The translations under genes and the position numbers were made by a program. 61,383 bases of DNA. Origin: Vulcanimicrobiota bacterium. GTDB taxonomy: Bacteria > Vulcanimicrobiota > Vulcanimicrobiia > Vulcanimicrobiales > Vulcanimicrobiaceae. Under the pieces are notes generated by a model. That model did no database searches. It was not told the DNA's origin and saw only the letters and a list, made by a program, of their open reading frames with translations. The stretch spans positions 1 to 61,383 of the forward strand of contig JASHOM010000097.1 in assembly GCA_030041115.1 (NCBI GenBank). Reading direction: 5' to 3'. Of the stretch, positions 48,366 through 56,866 are shown piece after piece (position 1 is the first letter of the stretch; every line of letters begins with the position of its first letter).

Positions 48366-49207
48366 GCGGGCACCCTCTGCGCCGTGCGCGTGAAGTAGGC
48401 GCCGGCGATGGTACTGATGATGAACTGAATCACGAAATAGGTTATCACGGCCGCGGCTACGTCGGGTTGGCTAAAGCTCGACGTGGCAATCAACGCGCCC
48501 AGGCCGATGTTTCGCAGCGCGGTTCCGATCGCCAGCACCCTGCGGTCCTCGCTCCGCGGACCTCCCAACAACCACCCGGTGCCGAGCGACAACACCACCA
48601 GGCAGAACTCCGCGAAAATGCCGCCCGAGCCGTAGATTGCGGCGAGCGCACGCGCGATCGCCGGTACGAGCAAAGCGATCAGGATGATTGCCGCAGCGAA
48701 GAAAATGAACTGCAGCGGACGGCCGGCTTTCGCCGCGAAGCCCGGAGCCCGGCCGCCGACGACGATGCCGATCAAGAGCGGCAAAAGCTGGAACAGGACG
48801 AGGGTCATGACGAACTTCGTCATCGGCAGCTCCGCTTTCGCCGCGGTCGGTAAGACGAGGGCCGCGGTGGCCGGAACCGTCACGATCGACAGCAGCGGCA
48901 AAAAGAATGCCAGCGCGACCGCAAAGCCGAGGCTTCCGCCCCGCTTTCGCACCGACGCCAGGACGAACGGCACCCCCGGAGCGACTGCCATCACGAGGAA
49001 TCCGGTTGCGATCGGCGCCGGCAGACGGAACAACCGAACGATGATCACGCCGAGCAGCGGAACGATCACGAAGTTCGCCAGAAGCGCCCGCCCCGTCAAT
49101 CCGAAGTTCCGCAGGATCGCCTTGAGGTGCTCGCGGTCGACCTGCAAGCCGGCGCCGAAGGTGAGCGCGACCAACATGACGGCCGCCGCGAGCCTCTCGG
49201 GATTCAT
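48362..49207 (-). CDS. Bile acid:sodium symporter family transporter
   Basis: ANFVIVPL, APGVP and GTALRNIG motifs; about 9 TM helices. Confidence 0.85.
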   Translation of the reverse strand: MNPERLAAAVMLVALTFGAGLQVDREHLKAILRNFGLTGRALLANFVIVPLLGVIIVRLFRLPAPIATGFLVMAVAPGVPFVLASVRKRGGSLGFAVALAFFLPLLSIVTVPATAALVLPTAAKAELPMTKFVMTLVLFQLLPLLIGIVVGGRAPGFAAKAGRPLQFIFFAAAIILIALLVPAIARALAAIYGSGGIFAEFCLVVLSLGTGWLLGGPRSEDRRVLAIGTALRNIGLGALIATSSFSQPDVAAAVITYFVIQFIISTIAGAYFTRTAQRVPA

Positions 49208-49266
49208 AATGGGAAAAAGTGTAGCACTCGCTAGGTAACCCGTCTATCCGGAGAATGTAAAGGCGC

Positions 49267-49890
49267 ATGCTCGAGACTGCGAGGATCGACCGGGTCGTGG
49301 ACGTTGCGTCCGTGGTGCTCATTTCCGTGGCTGCCGTGCTCACCGCGCTCTGCGGCTACCAGTCCGGCCGCTGGAGCGGCCAGCAGACCCGCCTCTACAG
49401 CGTCGCGAACGCGGACCGGCTGCGATCCGCGGAGGCCGCCGATCGCGCCAACGTGCTGACGGCCATTGACGTGGCCGTCTTCCTGCACTACCTCGACGCG
49501 GTCAGTACCCATGACCGGCCGGAGGCCGACTTCATCTACGCCCGATTCCGGACGGAGTTCAAGCCCGCGATGCGAGCCTGGCTTGCGTCGAAGCCGCTGA
49601 CGAATCCGCGCGCGCCCTCTTCGCCGTTCGTCATGCCGCAATACTCGCTGAAAACTCGAGCGCAGGCGCGTGCCTACGACGATCTTGCCGCAGCCGCCTT
49701 TCAGCGCGCCGTCGACGCAACGCAGCACAGCGATGACTTCCTGCTTCTGACCGTCATCTTCGCCGCCGTTTCGTTTCTGGCCGGGGTCAGCACGAAAATG
49801 CGGTACCCGCGCCACGCAATCGTCGTTGCGATCGGAACGGCGGCGTTGCTCTACGGGCTCGTCCGGCTGGTCCAGCTTCCCTTCGCGTAG
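49267..49890 (+). CDS. Hypothetical membrane protein (DUF4337-like)
   Basis: N-terminal TM (TALCGYQSGRW), helical loop with PF.MPQY, two C-terminal TM helices. Confidence 0.7.
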   Translation: MLETARIDRVVDVASVVLISVAAVLTALCGYQSGRWSGQQTRLYSVANADRLRSAEAADRANVLTAIDVAVFLHYLDAVSTHDRPEADFIYARFRTEFKPAMRAWLASKPLTNPRAPSSPFVMPQYSLKTRAQARAYDDLAAAAFQRAVDATQHSDDFLLLTVIFAAVSFLAGVSTKMRYPRHAIVVAIGTAALLYGLVRLVQLPFA

Positions 49891-49915
49891 GGCAACGGCC
49901 GCACGCCGGACGGCT

Positions 49916-50602
49916 TTAGCCGCCCAGCGATCGTTGCCCGACGACGCGTCCAACCGGGGGCGTCGTATCTTTGCCGTTGCCCCAGATCCCGTTGAAGCTG
50001 TTGTTATCGCCGTTGAACCAGAACGAGAACCAACCCGATCCCGTGGGGCTCGTCCAGCTCGCGCGTACCTTGTCCTTTGCGCGGAACTTACCGTTGATCA
50101 GGATCGGTCCGGTGTGACAAACGACCGACGGTCCCGACTGCGTGCACTTCATCGTCCCGATGAAGGCCACGGGGCCGCCCGCACCGGTCACGTGCCACGT
50201 GCCGGCCGCGGTGATCGGCGACGGCGGCAGTACCTTGTTGCCGACGAACGACCCGTTTGCCGCGCGCCCGTTGTAGCCCCACGTGCCGTTGAAGCTATGG
50301 CCGTTCGGACTCACGTAGACGGTGATCCAACCGGCGCCGCCCGGACCGTGCCATTTTCCGTTGATCTGGACGTCGGTGACGAACGTCCCGGTAAAGCCGT
50401 TGCCGTTCGCGGCGTTGTTGCCGACGATGCCCATTCCCGACTGGGACAGCGTGACCGTCGACGTCGTCGTACCGTTCAGACCGGTTTGTTGAACGTTCCA
50501 CGTGCCGGTGAGGTTGGGCGGGCTCGCCAGGCCGGCGACCGCCGTCATCGCAGCGATCGCAAAACCCGAAATGACCGAAAGAACAAGACGCTTCATCTTC
50601 AT
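49916..50602 (-). CDS. Secreted protein with two tandem small beta-barrel repeats
   Basis: Signal peptide; GGAGGAG RBS; duplicated GTW.V..G.GW....NG.SFNG.WG unit. Confidence 0.78.
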   Translation of the reverse strand: MKMKRLVLSVISGFAIAAMTAVAGLASPPNLTGTWNVQQTGLNGTTTSTVTLSQSGMGIVGNNAANGNGFTGTFVTDVQINGKWHGPGGAGWITVYVSPNGHSFNGTWGYNGRAANGSFVGNKVLPPSPITAAGTWHVTGAGGPVAFIGTMKCTQSGPSVVCHTGPILINGKFRAKDKVRASWTSPTGSGWFSFWFNGDNNSFNGIWGNGKDTTPPVGRVVGQRSLGG

Positions 50603-50715
50603 CTCCTCCGTTGTGGATATTAGCACGTCTGCGCGAGCGGCTCTATCCGAAAAAAGCATCTTCTGCCTGCAAGACCGAGGGCCCGCTGCGCGCTCCGCCG
50701 TAACCTCACCCTCAA

Positions 50716-51342
50716 ATGACGACGGCGCAAGCGACGGCACCGCCCGGGAAGGCTCTTCGCGCGAAGGTGTCGCCGCCGACGATCTTTCTCACGTTCCTGC
50801 AAATCGGTGCGATCAGCTTCGGTGGCGGCGTCGTCGCCTATCTGCGCGACGGGCTCGTCCGCAAGAAGCAGTGGTTCGACGACGTCGAGTTCTTGGAAAT
50901 GACCTCGATCAGCAACACGCTGCCCGGTCTGAACGCGACGAATATGGCCATCCTCGCCGGCGATCGTCTCGCGGGCTGGCCGGGCGCCGCGGCGGCGCTG
51001 ACCGGCATGTGCCTCCCCGCCTTCGTGTTCATGACCGCGGCCGGAATGGTCTACGCGCAAGCGCACTCCCGGCCTCTGGCCAACGCCGCGCTGCGCGGCG
51101 TCGCCGCCGCGGCAACCGGCCTCATCGCGGCGACGTGGTTCAAAATCGGCAAGACGTCGCTGCACGGTTTCTATGACGCCTTCTTCGTGATGGCCGCGAT
51201 CTTGGGGATCAACTACTTCAAGTGGGGCGTACCGATCACGCTGCTCGCGGTCGGCGCCGTCGCGATTTTCACGTATCGGCCGCATACCGTTCCCGAAGAA
51301 CCCGCCCAAGAGCAAGCAGAGTGGATCAGCTCCCTGCACTGA
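50716..51342 (+). CDS. Short-chain chromate transporter (CHR family), subunit 1
   Basis: FLQIGAISFGGG, SNTLPGLNA and LPAF motifs. Confidence 0.88.
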   Translation: MTTAQATAPPGKALRAKVSPPTIFLTFLQIGAISFGGGVVAYLRDGLVRKKQWFDDVEFLEMTSISNTLPGLNATNMAILAGDRLAGWPGAAAALTGMCLPAFVFMTAAGMVYAQAHSRPLANAALRGVAAAATGLIAATWFKIGKTSLHGFYDAFFVMAAILGINYFKWGVPITLLAVGAVAIFTYRPHTVPEEPAQEQAEWISSLH

Positions 51343-51863
51343 GCCGAGTCTTTGCCTACCTCTCGCTGCTCACCATCGGCGGCGGCATGGCGGCATTTCC
51401 CGAGATGAAGGTCCTCGTCGTCGACGTTCATCATTGGCTCACCTCCGATCAACTCACCCACGTCTATAGCACCGGGCAAATGTCGCCGGGCCCGAACATG
51501 ATGATGGTCGCCGAGGTAGGTCAGCTCGTCAGCGGACCGCTCGGTGCAGTCGTCTGCGCACTCGCTTTTTTCGTGCCGACGGGAATTCTGACGTTCCTCG
51601 TCGGGCGCCTATGGAAGCGCCTCGAGCACTGGCCGTGGCGCGATTCGATCCAAAAAGGTCTCGGACCGGTCGCGATCGGATTGGCCGTCGGCGGCTTGAT
51701 CACGTTCGGCAAAACCGCCATCACCTTCGTCAACGGCGCGCTCTTCGGGTGGATAACGTTGGCGCTCGGCATCCTCACGTTTATCGCCGTCGTACGCACG
51801 AAAGTGAATCCGGTGTGGTTTATCCTCGGAGGCGCGGCGGTCGGCTTTTTCGCGCTGCGTTAG
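51321..51863 (+). CDS. Short-chain chromate transporter (CHR family), subunit 2
   Basis: LLTIGGG, HWLT, GQMSPGPN and KVNPVW motifs; GTG start overlapping subunit 1. Confidence 0.88.
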   Translation: MDQLPALSRVFAYLSLLTIGGGMAAFPEMKVLVVDVHHWLTSDQLTHVYSTGQMSPGPNMMMVAEVGQLVSGPLGAVVCALAFFVPTGILTFLVGRLWKRLEHWPWRDSIQKGLGPVAIGLAVGGLITFGKTAITFVNGALFGWITLALGILTFIAVVRTKVNPVWFILGGAAVGFFALR

Positions 51864-52073
51864 CGGCGCAAATCCCGATGACCCGCCGGACGCGGCCCGC
51901 CGGCGCCGTCGAAAAAGAGGAGGTTTCGCTTTTGGGATACTAGCCGGGTCGAATTCGGTGTAAGCTCAACAATTATGAAACGGCTTGCCGAGCCGCCGGG
52001 ATTCGCTTTTTGGCGTCACCTCACAGATACCGGCGATCGCGTCGCAGAAGCCGGCACCGCCCGCGTGGCGTAG

Positions 52074-52577
52074 ATGGGACGCCGAGTGAACGGCGCAATG
52101 CTCTATTCCGCTCGCATCGGCGAATCGCATTCGCTCGGGGAGAATATCGCCTACCAGGTCTTACTGCTGCGGATCGTCGAGTTCACCGTTCGCGCCGCGC
52201 TCGCCCGCTGCGTCGATGAAAGCGAATGGGAGCACGAGCTGTTGCGTACCAAGGGGTTGGAAGCGCTGGAAATCTTTAGGGACGGGCGAGCCGTATGGAG
52301 CGATCGACCGCTCTTCGAAGCCGAACGTGCGGAGGCGCGCCGCGAGCGTGACTCGCGCTTCGAAGAGAGGAACGAGCTCGATCCGAGCCTTTACAAGCGC
52401 CTCGACCGGGATCTGCGCGTTGCATGGCGGCGGGCCGGTTACGAAACCCCCAGCCTTCTCCGCGAAATGAAGAAGCTTTTCGTCGAGCTCGAATCCGATG
52501 CGACCGACCGCGCGACCGGGGCCCGCGAGGGCCTGGTCGTCGAAATCCTCGAGATGGGGCAATCCGGCCCTTCTTAA
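52074..52577 (+). CDS. Hypothetical protein (possibly the 3' part of a gene interrupted by a TAG)
   Basis: 167-codon ORF, charged and helical; an in-frame upstream ORF starts at 51975. Confidence 0.45.
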   Translation: MGRRVNGAMLYSARIGESHSLGENIAYQVLLLRIVEFTVRAALARCVDESEWEHELLRTKGLEALEIFRDGRAVWSDRPLFEAERAEARRERDSRFEERNELDPSLYKRLDRDLRVAWRRAGYETPSLLREMKKLFVELESDATDRATGAREGLVVEILEMGQSGPS

Positions 52578-53356
52578 GCTCGTCTCTTTCGCAACGTGTC
52601 GCCGGATGCGCGACCGAATAATCCCTCCCAAAAAACTTCGACGGCGTCGAGCATCGCCGTCCCGGCGCCCAGGAACCGCTCCGGCGAGAAATCCGGCTTT
52701 GCGTAGGCTTCGCGCAGCTCGTCGTCGGTGTGCGCGGCGTGGTTTTCCTCGAGCGCATCGTGCCACGTCCAGAAGCCCAGCGCAAGGTCGGGCATCTCGT
52801 TGGCTTTCACGACGCGCAAACCCGCGATGAGCTCCTTCCAAAACCCCGCGGCAGCCCAGTGTTCGATCGCGTACGACGCGCCCGCCGAGGCCGATTCGTC
52901 CGGCGAACCGTACCACTCCAGCAGCGCGTCGCAGAAGGCGAGCGTCGAATGGTTGCCGTGGTGCCGCTTGCCGATCTCGCTCCACTTCAAGCCGAGCTGC
53001 GCGGCGAACTGGGCGAGCCACTCGAAATGTCCGGCGGTAAAGCGAAACGTGCCGCCCTCCACCGTTCCCGACGGCGTGAAGACGACGCCCAGCTCGTTCA
53101 TGAGAATTTCCTTGCCGGCGCGATAGCTGTGCAGATCCACGGCGTTGATGCACTTGCGCAGCTGCGCCTCGATGAAGAGATGACTGAAGACCGAAAACTG
53201 AACGGTAAAGTCGCGCAACTGCTCGCGACCGAGCTTGCCGCCGGCAAACCACCTCGTATAGCGGTTGCGCCGAACGATCGGGTGGCTGTCGATCGCGCGC
53301 GCGACCGCCTGCCGGAACTCTTCGAGATCTTCGCTGGACGTTGACACCGCAGTCAT
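52574..53356 (-). CDS. Heme-oxygenase-like diiron enzyme (PqqC/CADD/TenA fold)
   Basis: HP..N.Y..WF, QF..FS, ILMNE..GHFEW, YAIEHW and FWTWHDALEENH give an E/H/E/HxxxExxH diiron ligand set; GGGGAG RBS. Confidence 0.8.
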   Translation of the reverse strand: MTAVSTSSEDLEEFRQAVARAIDSHPIVRRNRYTRWFAGGKLGREQLRDFTVQFSVFSHLFIEAQLRKCINAVDLHSYRAGKEILMNELGVVFTPSGTVEGGTFRFTAGHFEWLAQFAAQLGLKWSEIGKRHHGNHSTLAFCDALLEWYGSPDESASAGASYAIEHWAAAGFWKELIAGLRVVKANEMPDLALGFWTWHDALEENHAAHTDDELREAYAKPDFSPERFLGAGTAMLDAVEVFWEGLFGRASGDTLRKRRA

Positions 53357-53376
53357 GGCTCGCTCCCCTTGTCGAT

Positions 53377-53411
53377 AAAAAAGAGCCGCCTCGCGTCGGC
53401 GAGGCGGCTTT
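53377..53411 (-). terminator. Attenuator terminator in the 5' leader of the diiron enzyme gene
   Basis: AGCCGCCTCGC-CGAC-GCGAGGCGGCT-CTTTTTT, ending 20 nt before the ATG. Confidence 0.9.
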
Positions 53412-53434
53412 GCATCTTTGACGAACTCGTTCGT

Positions 53435-53512
53435 TTATTGCAATGGCGACCTAGGCCGGCTTCGGGCAAAGCAGCCGTAATAATAGTACGCCGAGGCATT
53501 ACGGACGAGCAT
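53435..53512 (-). CDS. Tyr-rich leader peptide MLVRNASAYYYYGCFARSRPRSPLQ (not in the ORF track)
   Basis: ATG at 53512; TAC TAT TAT TAC at 53488-53477; TAA at 53437-53435; lies between the promoter and the terminator. Confidence 0.75.
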   Translation of the reverse strand: MLVRNASAYYYYGCFARSRPRSPLQ

Positions 53513-53522
53513 AGTGTAGGCG

Positions 53523-53551
53523 ACTATAGCACACACCGCGCAGCGGCGCAA
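53523..53551 (-). promoter_or_regulatory. Sigma70 promoter for the leader peptide/diiron enzyme transcript
   Basis: TTGCGC-17 nt-TATAGT with an extended -10 (TGc), 10 nt before the leader ATG. Confidence 0.65.
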
Positions 53552-53578
53552 GAGGCCTCTTTCGGCCCGCCCGGGGCG

Positions 53579-54556
53579 TCATGTCTTTCGCAGAATTCGG
53601 CCGGTCTTTACGACTTCGAACGCGGTGCTCGGAACGTTCTTGAGCTGATCGAGGTCGTCGTCGTTCCAGCACGTCGAAGCCTTACCGCCCTCGCCTTGGA
53701 AGTACCAGTTCGAACCGTTGTCGGCGACGAACATGCCGTAGGTCTTCATGGCAACGGCGATCACGTGCGCTTGCCCGGTGATGCCTGAGATGTCATACGA
53801 CGCTTTCATGCGAATGCGCAGTCCCATCGGCGGCAGGTACTTGGCGCGACTGTCGCTGGCAAAATGCGTCGCGGGATGGATGTACCCTGCCTGCGTCTGC
53901 TCGAATGTGACCCGCAGCGCGTGGTCGATATGCCCGGCCTTGACTTCGGCGCACTTCACGAGCGCCGGTAGAATCGGCAGTCCCGCGGCATCGGCCGACG
54001 TCCAGCCGTTGGGCCGCAACTTGTTCGAATCCAAATGAAAGATTGCGCCCGAGCCGGCGCGCCAGCTCCTCCCGCCGTGGATCGGGTACGCCGCCCACAT
54101 TTCGTAGAGCTTGCACGCGCCTTGCTGCAAGACGAGCACGTGGCGATCGCCCGTCGCGTGGCGCCCGCCTTCGATCTGCGCATTGGGCGGAATCGGGTAT
54201 GGTCCCGGATTGCTCTGCGATCCGTAGTGGAAGCGGACCGGTACCTTTTTCTGCGAAGCCGGGACGATGTTGAACGGAATTCCGTAGTGAGGATCGCGGC
54301 CGAAGTCGGGATGCAAATTCCCCGGCAACGCCGCGATGTATTGCGACGAGAGCGGGTCGAGCGGATAATTCGTTATGTCGGTGTTCCACCAATTGCTCGC
54401 GGGGAAGATCGAGCAGCCGCCGACGACGGGCACGTTCGCCGGCAAGATGGCGCCGGCGGCGTTTACGGCGGATCCGTTGGAAACGGACGGGACGTTCGCG
54501 GATCCACATGAGGAGAGGACCGCGAGCATAAGCGCTACGGCAACGGTACGGTACAT
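53579..54556 (-). CDS. Conserved hypothetical lipoprotein
   Basis: Lipobox LSSC; FPASNWWNTDI, YGIPF, GDRHVLV, SADAAGLP, IDHALR and YGMFVADNGS motifs. Confidence 0.8.
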   Translation of the reverse strand: MYRTVAVALMLAVLSSCGSANVPSVSNGSAVNAAGAILPANVPVVGGCSIFPASNWWNTDITNYPLDPLSSQYIAALPGNLHPDFGRDPHYGIPFNIVPASQKKVPVRFHYGSQSNPGPYPIPPNAQIEGGRHATGDRHVLVLQQGACKLYEMWAAYPIHGGRSWRAGSGAIFHLDSNKLRPNGWTSADAAGLPILPALVKCAEVKAGHIDHALRVTFEQTQAGYIHPATHFASDSRAKYLPPMGLRIRMKASYDISGITGQAHVIAVAMKTYGMFVADNGSNWYFQGEGGKASTCWNDDDLDQLKNVPSTAFEVVKTGRILRKT

Positions 54557-54696
54557 GACAGGCCCTCCTCGTCTGCTCGAACGACGTTCCAACTTTCGGG
54601 CGAAAGCCCCTCCGCGCGCTCCACCTCGCGCTCGCGTGCCCGCTCGCTGCCGGCGGCGAGTTGCCGGACGGGAATCGAGCGTCTCGTTGGGGTCTT

Positions 54697-55911
54697 TTAG
54701 CGAGTCGGTACGGCCGCCGGCGACGGTCGGACGCTGAGCGCGACCCAGGCGAGGTTAGCCAATGCCATCGCGCCGATGGCCAGAAAGACCGCGGCGAAAC
54801 CGAAGCGCGCGGCAATCATTCCGCCCGACAACGGACCGGCGAACATTCCCAGGAAGGTCGCGCTCGAGGTAATTCCATACACCTGCCCGCGCCGTTCGGC
54901 CGGAAAGATTCGTCCGATCAACGCGTTGGCCGTGGGAAGGACGCCACCCAAGAAGAGTCCGACGCCGAAACGCAGCGCGATGAAGATCTCGATGCTGCCG
55001 GCAAAGGCCTGCGGAATAGTAAAGGCGGCAACGCCGCCGAGAGAAACGAGCAGGACGCGGCGGTAGCCGATCCGGTCGCTGCGCTTGCCTAGGAAGGGCG
55101 AGGCGATCAAATCGGCGAGCCCCGTAACCGCAAAGGCCAAGCCGGCTGCCGTTGCGATCCACGGCACGTTGCCGACGAGGTCGCGCACGAAGAGCGGCAC
55201 GATCGGCTGCACGCCGAACGCGACGACCTGGGCAAGCAGCACGACGACGAACATCGGTGCCAGCCGCGGATGCGTCGCGACTTCGTGCAGACCCGCGAAG
55301 AACGAAACGCGCGAGCGCGGCCGCGCTTCGCGACGGGATCGCTCGGGGACGAAGAGCAGGCAGACCAGGGCCGACGCGAGCGCAAAGAGCGACGTAACGA
55401 AGAAGACTTCGCGATAGCCGTGCAGATGGTCGGCCAGAAAACCGCCGAAGAGCGGACCGCAGAGACCGCCGACGAGCTGGCCGGTCGTCATCCATCCGAG
55501 CGAAAAGCCGAGACTCTCCTCCGGGACCTGCGTGCCGACCATGGCGATCGCGGCTGCCGAGAAGCCGCTAAAGATGCCCATGCAGGCACGCGCCGCAAAA
55601 AGCTGCCAGACGTTCTGCACGACGCCCATCAACGCCGTGAAGAGCGCGATGGCGACGCAGGAACGGATCACCATCGCCTTGCGTCCGGTGCGGTCGGCGA
55701 TGCCGCCCCAGATCGGCGAGAAGATCGCCGCGGTCAGGAAGTTGATCGACGCAATAATCCCCGCCCAAGCGGAGACCGCGGCAATCGGCTGAACGCCGAG
55801 CTGGATGATGAAGAGCGGCAAAAACGGCCCGGAAACGGAGAAGGCGAAGGACATCAACGCCTGCACCGTCACCATGAGCCAGAGCGTGCGCTGCCATTGC
55901 GTAGGCGTCAC
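54697..55911 (-). CDS. MFS multidrug efflux transporter (MdtG/DHA1-like)
   Basis: PFLPLFI, SPIWGGIADRTGRKAM and GPLFGGFLAD motifs; 12 TM helices. Confidence 0.9.
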   Translation of the reverse strand: MTPTQWQRTLWLMVTVQALMSFAFSVSGPFLPLFIIQLGVQPIAAVSAWAGIIASINFLTAAIFSPIWGGIADRTGRKAMVIRSCVAIALFTALMGVVQNVWQLFAARACMGIFSGFSAAAIAMVGTQVPEESLGFSLGWMTTGQLVGGLCGPLFGGFLADHLHGYREVFFVTSLFALASALVCLLFVPERSRREARPRSRVSFFAGLHEVATHPRLAPMFVVVLLAQVVAFGVQPIVPLFVRDLVGNVPWIATAAGLAFAVTGLADLIASPFLGKRSDRIGYRRVLLVSLGGVAAFTIPQAFAGSIEIFIALRFGVGLFLGGVLPTANALIGRIFPAERRGQVYGITSSATFLGMFAGPLSGGMIAARFGFAAVFLAIGAMALANLAWVALSVRPSPAAVPTR

Positions 55912-55926
55912 GCTCCGGCTTTGGCG

Positions 55927-56493
55927 TTATTGAGGCGGCGCGCCCCCCGGAGGCATCATCCCGCGACCCGGCCAGCCCATATCGAACATGGGATGAGGAG
56001 CGAGCGCGGCAAGGAGCAGCGACCCGGGATCGCTCATCCGATGCGCTGACGTCATGCCCTCGTGCGGCCCGCGGTTCCAGTCGGGCATCCCCTGCGGCAT
56101 CTCGCTTTGCAACTCGCCGCGCATTTGCTCGCGCAACTGACGACTCTGCGCCGCGAATGCTTGGTGCGCGGCCAGAATGCGCCCCCGTTCAGCCGCCGAG
56201 AGCATCGCATCGAGCCGCTGTGCGGCTGCTTGAGGATCCGGGTTCGGCGCGACCGCGAGCGCTCCGATCGTCGCCGCGACGGCGCGGAGGTGGGCCGGCG
56301 TCAGCGCCGAGAGGATCTGGGAGCGCATCTGCTGATGTAGCTGCTCCTCTTGCTGCGCAAAGCGCTGCATGGTTGCGTGGATTGCCTGCCGCTGCTGCGC
56401 GGCCGGTGCGGCGGGTGCGTTGCTCTGCTGAGCGAGCGCCGCGATCGGTATCACGCTGAGCGCGAGCGCCAGCGCGTAAATGCTTCTGTTCAT
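55927..56493 (-). CDS. Secreted helical hypothetical protein (Spy/CpxP-like composition)
   Basis: Signal peptide; Gln/Ala/Met-rich helices with ALTP.H and MLS..E motifs. Confidence 0.65.
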   Translation of the reverse strand: MNRSIYALALALSVIPIAALAQQSNAPAAPAAQQRQAIHATMQRFAQQEEQLHQQMRSQILSALTPAHLRAVAATIGALAVAPNPDPQAAAQRLDAMLSAAERGRILAAHQAFAAQSRQLREQMRGELQSEMPQGMPDWNRGPHEGMTSAHRMSDPGSLLLAALAPHPMFDMGWPGRGMMPPGGAPPQ

Positions 56494-56554
56494 AGTCTAT
56501 GTTACGGCCGTCCTTCGTAAAAGTTACTGGGAGCCCGCTGGGGCTGCCGGGTCG

Positions 56555-56815
56555 TCATGCCAGCAGATCGTGCCAGCTCGAAGCGCTGACGTTGACGCCG
56601 TAATAACCGGCGGCAGCCTTGATGTTGGCGAAAGCCTGAGCGCGCTCGGCTTCGGTTACCCCGCAAACCTCGCCAAAGCGGGCGATTGCGCTACGGACGT
56701 GAGCGGCATCGGTGAGCGGCTCCTTGCGCTCCTTCGGAAATGCGAAGGCGCTGTCGGGAAGTGCCGCACGCGAAGAGCCGGGATGATCGTGCAGGGGTTT
56801 CCAGGTGATCTGCAT
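56555..56815 (-). CDS. Small DUF6582-like protein
   Basis: LPDSAFAFPKERKEPLTDAAHVRSAIARF..I..AA..YGV motif. Confidence 0.8.
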   Translation of the reverse strand: MQITWKPLHDHPGSSRAALPDSAFAFPKERKEPLTDAAHVRSAIARFGEVCGVTEAERAQAFANIKAAAGYYGVNVSASSWHDLLA

Positions 56816-56866
56816 CCCGGGAGCATAGCCGACCGGTGTATACGCGTTATTGCCGGATATTGAAGG

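Noticed and set aside
53357..53551. T-box or metabolite riboswitch upstream of the diiron enzyme
   Set aside because: There is no T-box GGTGGNACC motif or stem I, and no riboswitch consensus I recognise. The leader-peptide model explains the sequence better.
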